Positions 42,136 through 53,516 of a stretch of DNA of 64,000 nt are shown one piece after another. The stretch is from positions 186,001 to 250,000 of the forward strand of contig CDRNVI010000066.1 of the NCBI GenBank assembly GCA_977017575.1, in the 5' to 3' direction. Under the pieces are notes generated by a model. It had not been told where the DNA came from and searched no databases. It worked only from the letters and a program-made list of their open reading frames with translations. Position 1 is the stretch's first letter. The number at the start of each line of letters is the position of its first letter. A program made the translations under genes and the position numbers. The stretch comes from Paramoeba atlantica. Taxonomy: Eukaryota > Protista > Discosea.

Positions 42136-42512
42136 TACAACGGGTGCCCTCCGATTTTGAGCAAAAAGCCGTGTTAAGGGTGGGGTACATGGAAAATTAT
42201 CTTGGAAAAAGCCGCTTCGCGGCGCCTTTTTTTATCGTTGCTACACTAGGTCATTCTCCTTTTGATATTCTTTTTGGTGCCTGGGTAGCTGTGGGGAAAA
42301 AAATCCGCCGCTTCGCAGCGGACTCCACAAATATTGGTCCTTCCCAGAAATTGTTTTTGGCCTTCTAGACAAAATGGCCCTGTGAAAAGGAGGGCCGAGC
42401 GTAGCCCTATTAGATAGGGGGGATAGTCTCTTTCTTCGTGACGTAAGATATTTTTCGGTGTTATTTCTTTATTCTCTTTGTTTGCTTTTTATAAATCGTT
42501 GTACGTTCACAT

Positions 42513-43163
42513 TCATAAGAAAAGGGGGGCTTTTTCACAAGGATCCGATATTTCCACACAAGAAGGAAGCTTTCCAGAAGGAAATGTTAGTTTGGTGTCG
42601 GTGAGCGTAAGCCTTTGTAGGCCATGCGGAAGTTTCGAAAAATCAGGTACTCCTTGAATAGGATTGCCACGAAGAAAGATCTCGATCATCGTTTCTGGCA
42701 GAGCGGTAAAATCCACACTACCTTGTATGTTGTTTCCATAGAGATCCAATACGCGAAGCGACGGAGGAAGATCGCTTACTTCAAGGGACCCGCAGATACC
42801 CAAGTCATAAAGAAATAGCTCCAAGAGACCTCGCGGTAATGATGCAAAGTCCACATGTGAAATCTCACCCTTTAAGTACTTGAAAGTGCCATCACTGCTA
42901 TAATCTGAACTCAAATTCAAATGCAACAAAGAGTTCGGTAGACAAGACCATTGGAACTCACCAGAAAGACCAATACCATACCACTCCAACCTTTCAACAT
43001 TATTTTTCTCATCACACATCACACGATCCCATTCACACGCGGGTGTGTGCGTAGACCATGATTTTTGGGGATTCGGAATATCTTTGATGAAGAGGGCGAG
43101 AGCGTATTCTTGCGGCAAACCTGCACCACGAACTCGATGTGGCACACCGTCCGACATATTCAT
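42513..43163 (-). CDS. Leucine-rich repeat protein
   Basis: Five LPxxLxxLxLxx(N) repeats after a CEWDRVMCD cap. Confidence 0.85.
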   Translation of the reverse strand: MNMSDGVPHRVRGAGLPQEYALALFIKDIPNPQKSWSTHTPACEWDRVMCDEKNNVERLEWYGIGLSGEFQWSCLPNSLLHLNLSSDYSSDGTFKYLKGEISHVDFASLPRGLLELFLYDLGICGSLEVSDLPPSLRVLDLYGNNIQGSVDFTALPETMIEIFLRGNPIQGVPDFSKLPHGLQRLTLTDTKLTFPSGKLPSCVEISDPCEKAPLFL

Positions 43164-43447
43164 AAATCGATAGACGCACTGTAAAAGACTAGAAGCATTC
43201 GAAATAGTTTTTTTATCAAGGTTGTTTCAAAATATTAATAGTCTATAGTGTGCTGATGATATTATTAGCACCCTAGTCCGTGAACCCGGATGGACGTACA
43301 AAACTAGGGGTTATATTCTTTGTAGAGTGGATCAAGTCTTCTGCTTACTGCAGTTCTACTCACTGGGGGCATTCATCACCTAGAAATCGTCCGTCGTCAT
43401 TCACATCCACTATTACGAGGTGCAGACAGATTTCAGACGGGATTTGA

Positions 43448-43996
43448 TTAAATTGTTTTAACCCATCTTCTTGATTTAATTTTTGTAAAGTCTTTATGTG
43501 GAGCAGATTTTTCACGTCCGTTGCTCTCCGCGGAAGCGTTACTTTTAGAAGATGAATTCGTATTTTCGATATGTACGTTTTCATTCCACCTGCCAACACT
43601 TCTTAACATTTGTTCTACCGCTGTGTGATCATCATCCTTAATGTAATCCTTAAATTTGGTTACGAAGCTCTGACCATCAACTGGCTCAACGTGGTTATCA
43701 CTCCCTTTGAGAATTTCGTGGTCTACCTTGTGATATTGTCTCTGTTTATCTTTTCTAGATTGATAAATCGGAATAATTCCTTGTCTAATGGTACGCTCGA
43801 CGCCAATTGCTTTCTGTTTCAATGCTTCAAGTTTCTTCTTATCTTTCTCGTAACCGCTGCGCAAAAATTCAGCTTTCGTGGTTTTCCATGCCCGAATTAT
43901 TAACTCGTGGTCTGTATCGAACTTTTTAATGATCGTTTTCAACAGTCGGCGATAAAGGGTCGGAACCGTACTTAAGCTACGTGAGGTAATTTTCAT
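43448..43996 (-). CDS. LYR-motif mitochondrial protein, LYRM7/Mzm1-like
   Basis: LYRRLLK...FDTDHELIIRAWKTTKAEF follows the LYR plus F..D...A....EF pattern. Confidence 0.6.
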   Translation of the reverse strand: MKITSRSLSTVPTLYRRLLKTIIKKFDTDHELIIRAWKTTKAEFLRSGYEKDKKKLEALKQKAIGVERTIRQGIIPIYQSRKDKQRQYHKVDHEILKGSDNHVEPVDGQSFVTKFKDYIKDDDHTAVEQMLRSVGRWNENVHIENTNSSSKSNASAESNGREKSAPHKDFTKIKSRRWVKTI

Positions 43997-44312
43997 TTAC
44001 ATCTATATCGGGATGTAAAGAGAATAAATGAAGAAAATACAAGAAGGTAAGAAAGCGCAAAAGCCCGGAAGTGGGGAAGGGAGAACGAAGGTTAAATTCT
44101 TAATTATATTCAATAAAAAGAGTTTTCGATGAGAAACTGGCAGATAAAAATATGCCAAAACAAAGCCCAATAATGGTGAAACATTTGTCTGCGTGAAGGT
44201 GCGTAACACAGTAATTTTTTGCTGTATCATACAGTAGACATGCAGTATGTCTCTAGTTTACTGTACTATTCGAAGACCTAGTATCTTGCATGCCACATGG
44301 ATATCTTACAGT

Positions 44313-45653
44313 TTAATGTTTCGAATGTGTACCTGAACTCTCTCCTGCTATGGAGAACCCAGCGTATTTAATACCACTGCTACAAGCGTCTCTTGGACAA
44401 AAAGAAAATCTCGGCGAAGTCGTGGTAAACTGGCGATCAAAATTCAGTTGAGAGTGATCTGGTACAAACGGAGGTTTGATCTCACGCCGCAGCAGCATCT
44501 CAAAGTCCAAACTCAAGAAGAAAGGTTGGCAGGAAAATGTCTTCATATCATTGAGACGTTTCGTCGGGTCTCGTTCCAAAAGTTTTCGACATAAGTCCTC
44601 AGCTTCGGGGCTGCAATCCGAGGAAAACTCCAAGTTCTTGTGTAAAATCAGTTCATACATGTCACAGACATTCTCGCTGTACAAAGGGGGAAGACCATGT
44701 AGCATTTCGTAGAGAAGAACTCCAAGTGACCACCAGTCCACTTCCTTTCCATGTGCCGTGGCGGTTAAAAACTCGGGCGCGAGATACTCCGGAGTCCCGC
44801 AGAAAGTTTTCGCAGAACATCCTCTCACGTTGGTCTTGGCTAAGCCGAAATCTGTCAGACAAACATGACCATCTTTATCCAAAACAACATTTTCTGGTTT
44901 AAGATCGCGATAAATGATATTGTGTGAGTGGATGTGCCCGAGGGCAAGACCGATTTCGGCCGTGTAGAAACGTGCACGGTCCTCGCCAAGTCGGCCTGTG
45001 TTCTGCATGTGATAAAAAAGTTCCCCACCGCTTAGAAAATCAAGCACCAGGTGTAGCTTGCGGCTCGTCTGGAAGGCATAGTGAAGACCCACAATGAAAG
45101 GGTGTTGCAACTTCTCAAGAATGCTCTTCTCCGCAATGGTATGTTCGATCAGATTTCGCTCCTCAATCACGTTCTTACATAACGTTTTCATAGCAAAAAT
45201 TTCGTTCGTATCCTTCTTGCGTACTTTCATCACTTTGCCAAATGCACCTCGTCCGATCACCGCTAACGCTTCGAAATCGTTTAACGCAACTGTCGATGTC
45301 GCATGACGGCTGTAGAGAATTGAACTCTTGCTTCGAGAAATCGAATCCCTATATTCTTCTAATACACATTGTAATTTATGTACCCAAGCGACTTTTTCTT
45401 TTAATGTTGGTGCTTCAAAGACATATTTCCTCTTCAATTGTGGTCCTGAGAGTGAGAATCGGTGGTCTCCCTCGTCTTCGCAAAAAGATTGGTCTAAGTT
45501 AAGTACACCATCTGGTTTTCCTTTACCACAATTTACGCAGTCTCGAAAATATGTGAGACAGCAACCATAGAGCTCAAAATAGCGTTCCGTTTTCAGCCCA
45601 CGGAACGTACCACACTGCTTTTTTAACACCCCCGAGTAATCAGGAGATCCCAT
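44313..45653 (-). CDS. PH-domain AGC-family Ser/Thr kinase (PKB/RAC-like)
   Basis: N-terminal PH domain; GRGAFGKV, YRDLKPEN, DFGLAK and TFCGTPEYLAPE; AGC C-tail FDRQFT...YAGFSI. Confidence 0.93.
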   Translation of the reverse strand: MGSPDYSGVLKKQCGTFRGLKTERYFELYGCCLTYFRDCVNCGKGKPDGVLNLDQSFCEDEGDHRFSLSGPQLKRKYVFEAPTLKEKVAWVHKLQCVLEEYRDSISRSKSSILYSRHATSTVALNDFEALAVIGRGAFGKVMKVRKKDTNEIFAMKTLCKNVIEERNLIEHTIAEKSILEKLQHPFIVGLHYAFQTSRKLHLVLDFLSGGELFYHMQNTGRLGEDRARFYTAEIGLALGHIHSHNIIYRDLKPENVVLDKDGHVCLTDFGLAKTNVRGCSAKTFCGTPEYLAPEFLTATAHGKEVDWWSLGVLLYEMLHGLPPLYSENVCDMYELILHKNLEFSSDCSPEAEDLCRKLLERDPTKRLNDMKTFSCQPFFLSLDFEMLLRREIKPPFVPDHSQLNFDRQFTTTSPRFSFCPRDACSSGIKYAGFSIAGESSGTHSKH

Positions 45654-46261
45654 CTTGCGATGCGCTGTCCTTCAAAATGGAGTGTATTCAAGGGCCCATT
45701 GGACACCAGGGCTCTTTTGATCCTTCGCCCTTGGAGTTGCAAAAAGCGTGCAGTTCAGCATGAGACGGAGGAAGGCAAGTCGCGTGTTTGCATTCAAAGA
45801 CAAAGAGAAAGAAATTGCAATCGTCTGACCCGTCAATTTACGTCACCCACAAATTTTTACACTCAAGTCAGCCAACTCATGCTATACATTTACGACTTAA
45901 TAGGTCGCATTTATTTGTCATGGAGAGACACATTTTTGATAAGAACCACTTATGTTTAAGTGCTACTAAGTTTCTATTGGACCAGAAAGTATTAAGAATA
46001 GAGCTTAAATAGAAACGTCAAGTAGGAGATCGTGCTCAAAGTTCTGCTCTCAATAAAAACACCTTTGTCACCTTTTTCCGAGATTTAGACCACTTCTGAC
46101 CACATCCGCATTTCATTCGTTTCAATTTCTCGTCCAATTTGGATCAACAAACAGTCTTTTTCTGTCAAAACATTTCCCATTGTCCATGTCCAATCCAGCC
46201 AAGTACAAAGTACCTACTCACACCCACGCTAACCCACCCCCCTTCACTCTCACATACCCAT

Positions 46262-48181
46262 TCAGTTCTCTCCTTTACCCTCTACTGGGCCATACGCCGG
46301 CTCATACATCCTCTTCCTTATTTCCTCCACACTCGGCGTAGCCTCCTCACACCCTCTCTCCCGATTTGCAATTTCCACAATCGCACGCGCAATCGGGGCC
46401 GACCCATTCCGTGCCTTTGAGACGCCCGGAAACAGCTGCTGTGTTTTCAAAAGCGACTCGGTCGTCACCGTATTGGCCAGCGCATGGGCTGCGGCTGCAA
46501 ACATCTCATCCGTTAACACTGGACTGTCTGCGAGTATCGCCCCGAGCCCGATTCCCGGGAAAACATACATATTATTCGCCTGGTTCGAGTAGCGCATCAC
46601 GCCGTTGTATTCTACCGGCTCAAATGGACTCCCAGAGGCAAAAATGCAATTTCCAGCGCTCCACTCCAAGGCTTGTTGAAACGTACACTCCGCACGTGAG
46701 GTAGGATTGCTTAGCGGGAACACAATCGGGTAGGGGTTGATCTCACTCAGCAAACGAACCACATCCTCAGAGAACGTCCCTGGGGCTCCGGTAAGCCCAA
46801 TCACCCCGGCCGGCTTTACTTTACGAATCACCTCGAGGAGATTATCCGAGGGCGTGACCCCACAACAGGTCGAGGGGTTCTCCAAATCTTTGGCCACAAA
46901 ACGGAGCGGTTTCTTATCCCCGACCGCCCGACGGATCGGCAACACCCCTTTGGTATCCATTACGAACAGATTCCCCGCCGCTTCCTCATCGGACAGCCCC
47001 GCGGTGGCCTTCATCACGTGGTGCAGGGCGTAGCTTACCCCAAACCCCGCACTCCCCCCTCCCACAATCACAAACTTACTGTCCCGGAGCTGTTGCCTCA
47101 CCCCCTCCCCCCCTTTTCCCTCCTTCAACCGCATCGCGTTCAAAATCCCCGCGGTGACCACGGCCCCGGTGCCCTGGATATCATCGTTGAAACAACACAG
47201 CTTCTCCCGGTACGCGCGCAACAGAATCCACGCCTGGGAACTGCTGAAATCCTCAAACTGCACCACACACCTCGGCCACAGCGCATGAATCCCCCGCAGC
47301 AACTCATCCACCATACGGTAGTACTCCTCCCCGGAGAGCCGGGGGGCGTCACACCCGAGATAGGTGCCATCGTTTCGTAGCTTCTCATTGTTCGTTCCCA
47401 CATCCAGCATCACCGGGAGCGTCCTCGAGAGGTCCACGCCCCCTATCGCACCGTACAGCGCTAACTTCCCCATCGGGATCGGCATCCCGTGGGCGCCGAG
47501 ATCCCCGAGGCCCAGGATCCGCCCCCCATCGGTGACGACCACAACCTGGGTCGCTCGGTCCCGTCCATGGACGTTTTGTAGAATCGATAGAAACCGGGTC
47601 TGGTGCCTCGGGGTGAGGTACAGCCCGTTGGGGGTCTCGTAGAGCTGGGCGAACCCCAGGCAGGCGTCCGCGACGACGGGGGTGTAGACGGAGGGGGCGA
47701 CCGCGGCGAAGTGGTCGATGAGCCAGCGGGAGAACAGCGTGTGGTTGGCGGCGGCGAGACGCGCGGCGAAGGCGTAGCGCGGGAGCCCGGGGGGGAGGGC
47801 GAGGAAGGCGGCGTGGGTCGCCGCGACGTGGGCGGGGAGCGCGAGGGTGCGGTCGGGGAGGAGGCCGGAGAGGCGGAGGGTGTCGCGCTCGCGCGGGGTG
47901 AAGCCGAGGCCGTGGTTGCGGGTGTTGTCGTGGAGGAGGGCGAGGGGGGAGGGGGGGGAGGGGGGGGTTGAGGTTGAGGGGTGCGGGGGAGAGGCGGGGG
48001 GAGGGGAGGTTGGACCCCAGGAGGGGGTGATGCGGGAGGAAACCGGGGAAGGGGTGGGGTTCGGGGAGGGGGTTTCGTTGGCAATGGTCGCGCAGAGCTC
48101 GGGGTGGGCGCCGTGACGTGCGGCAGGGTTTTGGTCGGAGAGGGGGAGGGGGTAGCGACAGGGAAAGGGGAAGGTAGTCAT
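46262..48181 (-). CDS. NAD(P)-dependent malic enzyme
   Basis: VTDGGRILGLGDLG, QFEDF, FNDDIQGTG, GGGSAG, PLSNPT and QANNMYVFPG motifs. First ATG is 48181; the track start 48211 is TTG. Confidence 0.96.
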   Translation of the reverse strand: MTTFPFPCRYPLPLSDQNPAARHGAHPELCATIANETPSPNPTPSPVSSRITPSWGPTSPPPASPPHPSTSTPPSPPSPLALLHDNTRNHGLGFTPRERDTLRLSGLLPDRTLALPAHVAATHAAFLALPPGLPRYAFAARLAAANHTLFSRWLIDHFAAVAPSVYTPVVADACLGFAQLYETPNGLYLTPRHQTRFLSILQNVHGRDRATQVVVVTDGGRILGLGDLGAHGMPIPMGKLALYGAIGGVDLSRTLPVMLDVGTNNEKLRNDGTYLGCDAPRLSGEEYYRMVDELLRGIHALWPRCVVQFEDFSSSQAWILLRAYREKLCCFNDDIQGTGAVVTAGILNAMRLKEGKGGEGVRQQLRDSKFVIVGGGSAGFGVSYALHHVMKATAGLSDEEAAGNLFVMDTKGVLPIRRAVGDKKPLRFVAKDLENPSTCCGVTPSDNLLEVIRKVKPAGVIGLTGAPGTFSEDVVRLLSEINPYPIVFPLSNPTSRAECTFQQALEWSAGNCIFASGSPFEPVEYNGVMRYSNQANNMYVFPGIGLGAILADSPVLTDEMFAAAAHALANTVTTESLLKTQQLFPGVSKARNGSAPIARAIVEIANRERGCEEATPSVEEIRKRMYEPAYGPVEGKGEN

Positions 48182-48485
48182 GGCGGCGAGGAGGCGAGAG
48201 TTGACACGCAAGGTGGGGGAAAGGGAAGAAAAAGGTGAAAAAAAGTGGTTTCTAGGATGCTAGACCATAAAAAAATGCATTTCGATGGCGAACAATACGG
48301 ATAAAATAGGAGAGTTTTCTTTTGATTTTGCATTACGATCTACCGTTTATCTAGACGGGACGATCACGCTACTGTGCAATTCATATTTCCTTAGGAAAGT
48401 TGCCTACAATAAATTTCGTGTTGCAGAGTCTACGGATGCCTCGTTCTCAACCGCCTCTTTGAAGAACAGCCCATCCTTGCCATCC

Positions 48486-51400
48486 TTACCCCCCTTCCCT
48501 CTCTAGCATCACCTCTCCCATATTTGTCCCCACTTTCGGACTCCTCCCCACAATCAGGGAGCCACTAAAAGAGTGCAACCGATCCTGGACCGCCTGCACC
48601 ACCCCATCATGCAGGAACTTTCCTCCGGTCTCAAACGTCATTTGATAGAACGGCATACTCACGGCTTGTTTCACAATCCCAGTACGGTGAAACCCCAGGC
48701 ATTTCCCGGTATGGGTGGCTGTATCCGCGAGCACGGTAATATGCCGTAAATCCACTTTATAACTCTGTAGCAGTCGCACCATATCGGTAACTAAGTAATT
48801 TGTGGCGCTTTCAATCCCAAACGTTTCTGCCATATCGTTGGGGTCGGTGGAAAAAATCCGGTGCCACTCAATAGAGGCAGGGGTGAGAGGAGGCAATGTG
48901 GAGAGCTCGCAAAAAGGGGCGATCGGATCAGGGCACGGACAGTCGAGGCTATTCTTGTGGCTGTACTCTAGAATACGCTCCGCAGGGGTACGGAAGAGAA
49001 TGGATTCCATCCAGGAACGTAGACGAAGGGCTAAGGAAAGTTTCGCGGCGGTTCCTTTGATGGCAATTTCTCCGGAAGAATCTGTTCGGCTACGAAGCAA
49101 ATCAATATGGGAAATCTCTCCGGAATAGTCTAGTTTGGAAGAAGATAGTGAGACCTCACGAAGGGAGTGAGTAAGAATATCATCCACAGCAACCACAGCG
49201 TCCACAGGAAGGGTAAGGGAACCGGAAAGCACAAAGCAGTCACGCTCGGTGTCGTAGGAATGCGCTCGGAAGTTTTTTGCGCGAACACAGATCCCGCTGC
49301 GGGAGAGGGAAATGGTGATGGCGCTTCGGGCCCATTGGGTGAAAGGAGGCGCGCCCCCCTGTACTGCGCCTTCGGCAGAGATAGCCGGATGGGTGACCTG
49401 TGCCGGATGAGGTGTTTTACTGCGCTCCGTGTTTGCTGCATTCCCGTGAACGCTGTTACCAGAAAAAGCAGAAGATTGACATTCCAAAAACTGTGCAATG
49501 TCGTCCACAGTATCTTGGTGAGATTCTGTCCTGTGTGGCACTGCGTCGCTTGTAGCCTCTTCAGAAGATTCATTTGTGTGACTCCTCTGATGGGCAGCAC
49601 TGTGTGTCGTGTTACCACCCGCTGTTGAGTTGTCCTCCTCTGCTCCCGACGACTCTCTTAGGATTCCGGATTTACGAATGTCCCGATGAGCCACAAGCAC
49701 AGCACTTCGAAACAAATTCTGAGCGCTGTAGATAAAGTCTTCACAGAAGGTATGGGGCGACGCGCCTAACAGCGACCTTCTATTTTCCAATTCCGTTACT
49801 GAAAACAAAATGTCGAGTTCAATTTCACAATAACTTCCACGACGAACACTTCGATGTCTGTAGGGCACGCGTGCGGCTCCGGAAAGGGCATCATACATCT
49901 TAAGAGGGGTGAGAATCTCACGAAGACAACAAAAGGCAAATTGCTCGGTAGCGCCGATGTTTTTAATTGGGAGAACAATCGTCGGTTCACTCACATTGGC
50001 GTAGGTCAGTAATTCGCGGAGCCGAGGAATACCCTCTGTGACATGCGCAATCGACGTGCCTGCATGATGAAACGTATTTAGCGTCATTTGTGTGGACAGC
50101 TCACCGATACTCTGCGCCGCGATAATACCAACAGGTTCACCTGGGTCACACCGAGCGTGGAGCAGACGGCACGACGTCGCCTGACGAATCTCCTTTTTCC
50201 ACTGCCGCTCGTTTCGTTGCTCATCCACAAAAGGCTTTAGCTTATCACTGGGAGAAAACCCTTTCATCCCGTTGCGTAGCCCTCGCAGGCCCACGTGCAT
50301 AGTGTCCTTCATCACACGAATTAACGAGGCGTACCTTCGCCTTAAATCCGTCGCATTTCGCGCGACAAACTCCCAATGGGCCAGGGAAGATGACTTACAA
50401 GGATCCAAACCATCTCCACCGTATTTAAACTGCAGCACCTCCCCTTCACCGGTACGCACGGTTTCATCCCAATGCAGCGTGGTGGTCTCCATGCCTTTCA
50501 CCAGACCCCGTTGTAAATACCCCGAGCGCGCGGTTTTAATCGCCGTGTCAATAATCCCATCCCGCCCGGCAGCTGCATGGATGAAATACTCCCCGGGATG
50601 CACACCACTGAGGAAACGGCCTCGTACGAACCCCCTGGCTCGAGCTCTTTGATCCTGCGGAAACACACACGGCAGGACTTTTTCCGAAGCCATCGGACGA
50701 ATCCGCTGGTGATCAAACAGCTGCTGGGCTAAGCAAACCGACATTTGTGTGGCATTCGACGCCGATCCACGAGAACCGGACAGCGTCATTAACAGCAGAC
50801 TATTCCGCGGGTAGCTCACATAGGTCCCATGGGGGAACAGCCTCCGATTCATTACGTCAGTTAACTCCGAGATGCTTCGCAGTACCGTTCGTTCGGTGGA
50901 TCCTCGTGAGCAGTTATCTACATTTTGCAGCATGTGGGAGCGGGATTTATTCAGCTTCGGGTTCGCCACGAGGTCATCTTTTAACAACACATCATCCAGA
51001 TTAAGTGAGAACCCGCGGGTGCGACAGAACACCGTAAGCATGCGACCGAGACCAGAGAGCAGCATCCCTCCCGCGGAGTGGCCGTAGGTCTCCACGACGT
51101 ACTGAATAAACGATTTCTCGCAGCTCCCCATGTTGGCTTTGTCCAGCACTCCGGCAAGCAGCTCACTGGATTGAATCGTAATTGTCCCATCCTCCTGATC
51201 CGTTGGATTCATTCGAAGAAATGAGGCGGAGAGATGGGAACGGTTCCGGAGCGACAACCCATCGTTCTCACTGTGTCGAGCAGACGTCGTAAGCCGCAGG
51301 GCCTCGGAGAACACTTGCTTTCCCGACCATAATGGACAAGGTTTTAAAATATGAGGTGTGGGGAGTGAAATCGTGAGTTTCATCGGGTGAGCGAACGCAT

Positions 51401-53516
51401 AAAGATACTCCCCGAATTGAGTACGGGTTACCGTACGACCACGACTGGAGAGCAGAAAAGCCCCCACAATATGGTCCTGAATAAGACCCCGAATCGGTTG
51501 TCCGGAACTTGGGACGTAGTACTGCAGATTAGCATCCATCAGAGTGAGCGCCTCGACTCTTGCGGCCACACTTTGCGGAACGTGACAATTCATCTCATCC
51601 CCGTCGAAGTCTGCGTTAAAACCTTTGCAGGTGGCATAGTGAAACCGCACAGTGTAGTCATTTCCTCGGACAATAATGCGCTTTCCGACAATAGAGGGTT
51701 TGTGTAAGGTCGGCTGCCGGTTGAACAAAACCACATCGCCATCCATTAAATGACGATGCAGGATGACATCGCCTCCCATGGCTACGTGGGTAAGCATGCG
51801 AGCCGCGATTTGCTTCAAATGTCGCTCTTTTCCCGCCAGCGCAATGGTTTCGGTGTGTCCATCTTTTTGAATTTCCACATGGGTACATCCGGGGTACCGC
51901 ATGGTTCCGTTCGTAATACATTTCGTAAGCAGCGCTCGATGAGAGTCCGAGCATAGCGACATGCTATCGGGAAAGGTCATCCGGACGGCCATGCGACGAG
52001 GCAGACACAGCTGGTTGGTGAAAATATACGAGTCCGGGGTGATCACAGTTCGACAAGCCTGGTTCACGCGTTTTCCCATCATGTTACTCCGGAACAGTCC
52101 TTCTTTTTTGGTGAACGAGGTGATCTTCTCCTCATAGAGCATATTGACCGTGGCCTGGAGCTGTTTGTAGGCGCGCTCCTTTAAAATACTCACGTTTTCA
52201 GCCTCCGAGTGAGCACAGGCCGTGTACTCTTTACTGTACCGAATCACATTACTCAGAAGTTGGGTTACAGTGTCTACGGTAGACCCGGGACGGTTTGTCT
52301 CCGGGTGGATATAACGTGTGTGATTCGGGGGCACCAGAACTTGTTGAGGTAAAAACCGCGAGGCCCACTCGTCGGGTTTGTGATCTGGCCACTCTGTAGA
52401 CTCGATCCATGGCTTGAGTACGCCTGAAGGCGGGTACGCCATGCGGATAAACGCCTCCTTACTCCACGCACTCGCAAGCAGTTTAAAGGCCTCATCCGGA
52501 GACAGCCACGCAAACGACCTGCGGAACAGTTTGAGTTCCCGTGAGATCCGGTCCAGAACTGCGGAAGGAATATCCCTCTTATCCTGCGGTAGAGTGAAGT
52601 ACAACACGTTGTCCAAAAGTCGTATATCCCGGGGCTGCATATGATTGCAATGCACACATTTATTCGCCATCGAACGCTTTAAAACCGCTCGTATAATTTT
52701 CCCTCGCAACAATAACCCATAATTATCCACCTCACCCGTTTTGCCTCCTCCCGCTCTCTCGCAGTTACTCTTCTCCAGCACATTCTGAATACTCCCCATG
52801 GTCGCACTCGAACACAACCCCGGGTTCGTCTCCTCCGGCATGATCACCTCCTCTCTTTTCGCCCCGGAAACCGTAATCTTGGCGGTACGAAACACAATAT
52901 CCTCCAGCACACTCTCCCCTTGCTGCGTGTGGCCGTGATCCGCACACTGCAGCGCTTGCACCGCAAGCGCCGTAATCGTCTCCCCACAGCGCAGACGCTG
53001 GCAATGCCAGCAAAGCACCCGGAGAAGAGTAAGCACCTCCGGGGCCACGACGGGGTGACACACACGGAGGGGAAGACGGATAATCCCAAAGTGGCCCCCA
53101 CATCGGGGATGGACCGCGTCTCGAGTAGAAAGCGTAGAAAATTTACTACCATTTTGAGTATTATGGGGTCCTGAAGTGGAGGAGGAAGAAAACGAGGCCA
53201 CACACGTCGTACACCCTTTATGCAGGTCCCGTCCCATGTCAATGTTCCCCATTCGTGGATGAAAAAGAGTGATGCGTTCAGCAGCAGGCTCTGAGGCGCT
53301 CTTTTCGGGGCTTGGATCCGTAGTGAGAAGTTTCGGCATCCACGGAAATTGGGGGTCGCATTCAAAATGGGTCGTATTCACGGACACGGTGGAGAGGTGG
53401 AGCATTTCGGCATCGCTCATCAGTGCGGTTTGCATGGCGTGAATGACAATGTCGGACTCATAGCGGGAGGCGTCACAGGCGAAGTCACGGTGTCGAAAAC
53501 CGCTGAGAAACGACAT
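48486..53516 (-). CDS. RPA1: RNA polymerase I largest subunit
   Basis: NADFDGDEMNCHVPQ active site, MMGKRVN, Pol I-type YYVPSSGQPIRGLIQDH and TQMTLNTFHHAG. First ATG is 53516; the track start 53603 is TTG. Confidence 0.93.
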   Translation of the reverse strand: MSFLSGFRHRDFACDASRYESDIVIHAMQTALMSDAEMLHLSTVSVNTTHFECDPQFPWMPKLLTTDPSPEKSASEPAAERITLFHPRMGNIDMGRDLHKGCTTCVASFSSSSTSGPHNTQNGSKFSTLSTRDAVHPRCGGHFGIIRLPLRVCHPVVAPEVLTLLRVLCWHCQRLRCGETITALAVQALQCADHGHTQQGESVLEDIVFRTAKITVSGAKREEVIMPEETNPGLCSSATMGSIQNVLEKSNCERAGGGKTGEVDNYGLLLRGKIIRAVLKRSMANKCVHCNHMQPRDIRLLDNVLYFTLPQDKRDIPSAVLDRISRELKLFRRSFAWLSPDEAFKLLASAWSKEAFIRMAYPPSGVLKPWIESTEWPDHKPDEWASRFLPQQVLVPPNHTRYIHPETNRPGSTVDTVTQLLSNVIRYSKEYTACAHSEAENVSILKERAYKQLQATVNMLYEEKITSFTKKEGLFRSNMMGKRVNQACRTVITPDSYIFTNQLCLPRRMAVRMTFPDSMSLCSDSHRALLTKCITNGTMRYPGCTHVEIQKDGHTETIALAGKERHLKQIAARMLTHVAMGGDVILHRHLMDGDVVLFNRQPTLHKPSIVGKRIIVRGNDYTVRFHYATCKGFNADFDGDEMNCHVPQSVAARVEALTLMDANLQYYVPSSGQPIRGLIQDHIVGAFLLSSRGRTVTRTQFGEYLYAFAHPMKLTISLPTPHILKPCPLWSGKQVFSEALRLTTSARHSENDGLSLRNRSHLSASFLRMNPTDQEDGTITIQSSELLAGVLDKANMGSCEKSFIQYVVETYGHSAGGMLLSGLGRMLTVFCRTRGFSLNLDDVLLKDDLVANPKLNKSRSHMLQNVDNCSRGSTERTVLRSISELTDVMNRRLFPHGTYVSYPRNSLLLMTLSGSRGSASNATQMSVCLAQQLFDHQRIRPMASEKVLPCVFPQDQRARARGFVRGRFLSGVHPGEYFIHAAAGRDGIIDTAIKTARSGYLQRGLVKGMETTTLHWDETVRTGEGEVLQFKYGGDGLDPCKSSSLAHWEFVARNATDLRRRYASLIRVMKDTMHVGLRGLRNGMKGFSPSDKLKPFVDEQRNERQWKKEIRQATSCRLLHARCDPGEPVGIIAAQSIGELSTQMTLNTFHHAGTSIAHVTEGIPRLRELLTYANVSEPTIVLPIKNIGATEQFAFCCLREILTPLKMYDALSGAARVPYRHRSVRRGSYCEIELDILFSVTELENRRSLLGASPHTFCEDFIYSAQNLFRSAVLVAHRDIRKSGILRESSGAEEDNSTAGGNTTHSAAHQRSHTNESSEEATSDAVPHRTESHQDTVDDIAQFLECQSSAFSGNSVHGNAANTERSKTPHPAQVTHPAISAEGAVQGGAPPFTQWARSAITISLSRSGICVRAKNFRAHSYDTERDCFVLSGSLTLPVDAVVAVDDILTHSLREVSLSSSKLDYSGEISHIDLLRSRTDSSGEIAIKGTAAKLSLALRLRSWMESILFRTPAERILEYSHKNSLDCPCPDPIAPFCELSTLPPLTPASIEWHRIFSTDPNDMAETFGIESATNYLVTDMVRLLQSYKVDLRHITVLADTATHTGKCLGFHRTGIVKQAVSMPFYQMTFETGGKFLHDGVVQAVQDRLHSFSGSLIVGRSPKVGTNMGEVMLEREGG

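Noticed and set aside
4782-53516. Functional clustering of ribosome/translation genes (Ipi1, RPS8, EFL1, DOHH, RPA1)
   Set aside because: They are interspersed with unrelated genes, and kinetoplastid clusters are not function-sorted; expected by chance in a reduced genome.
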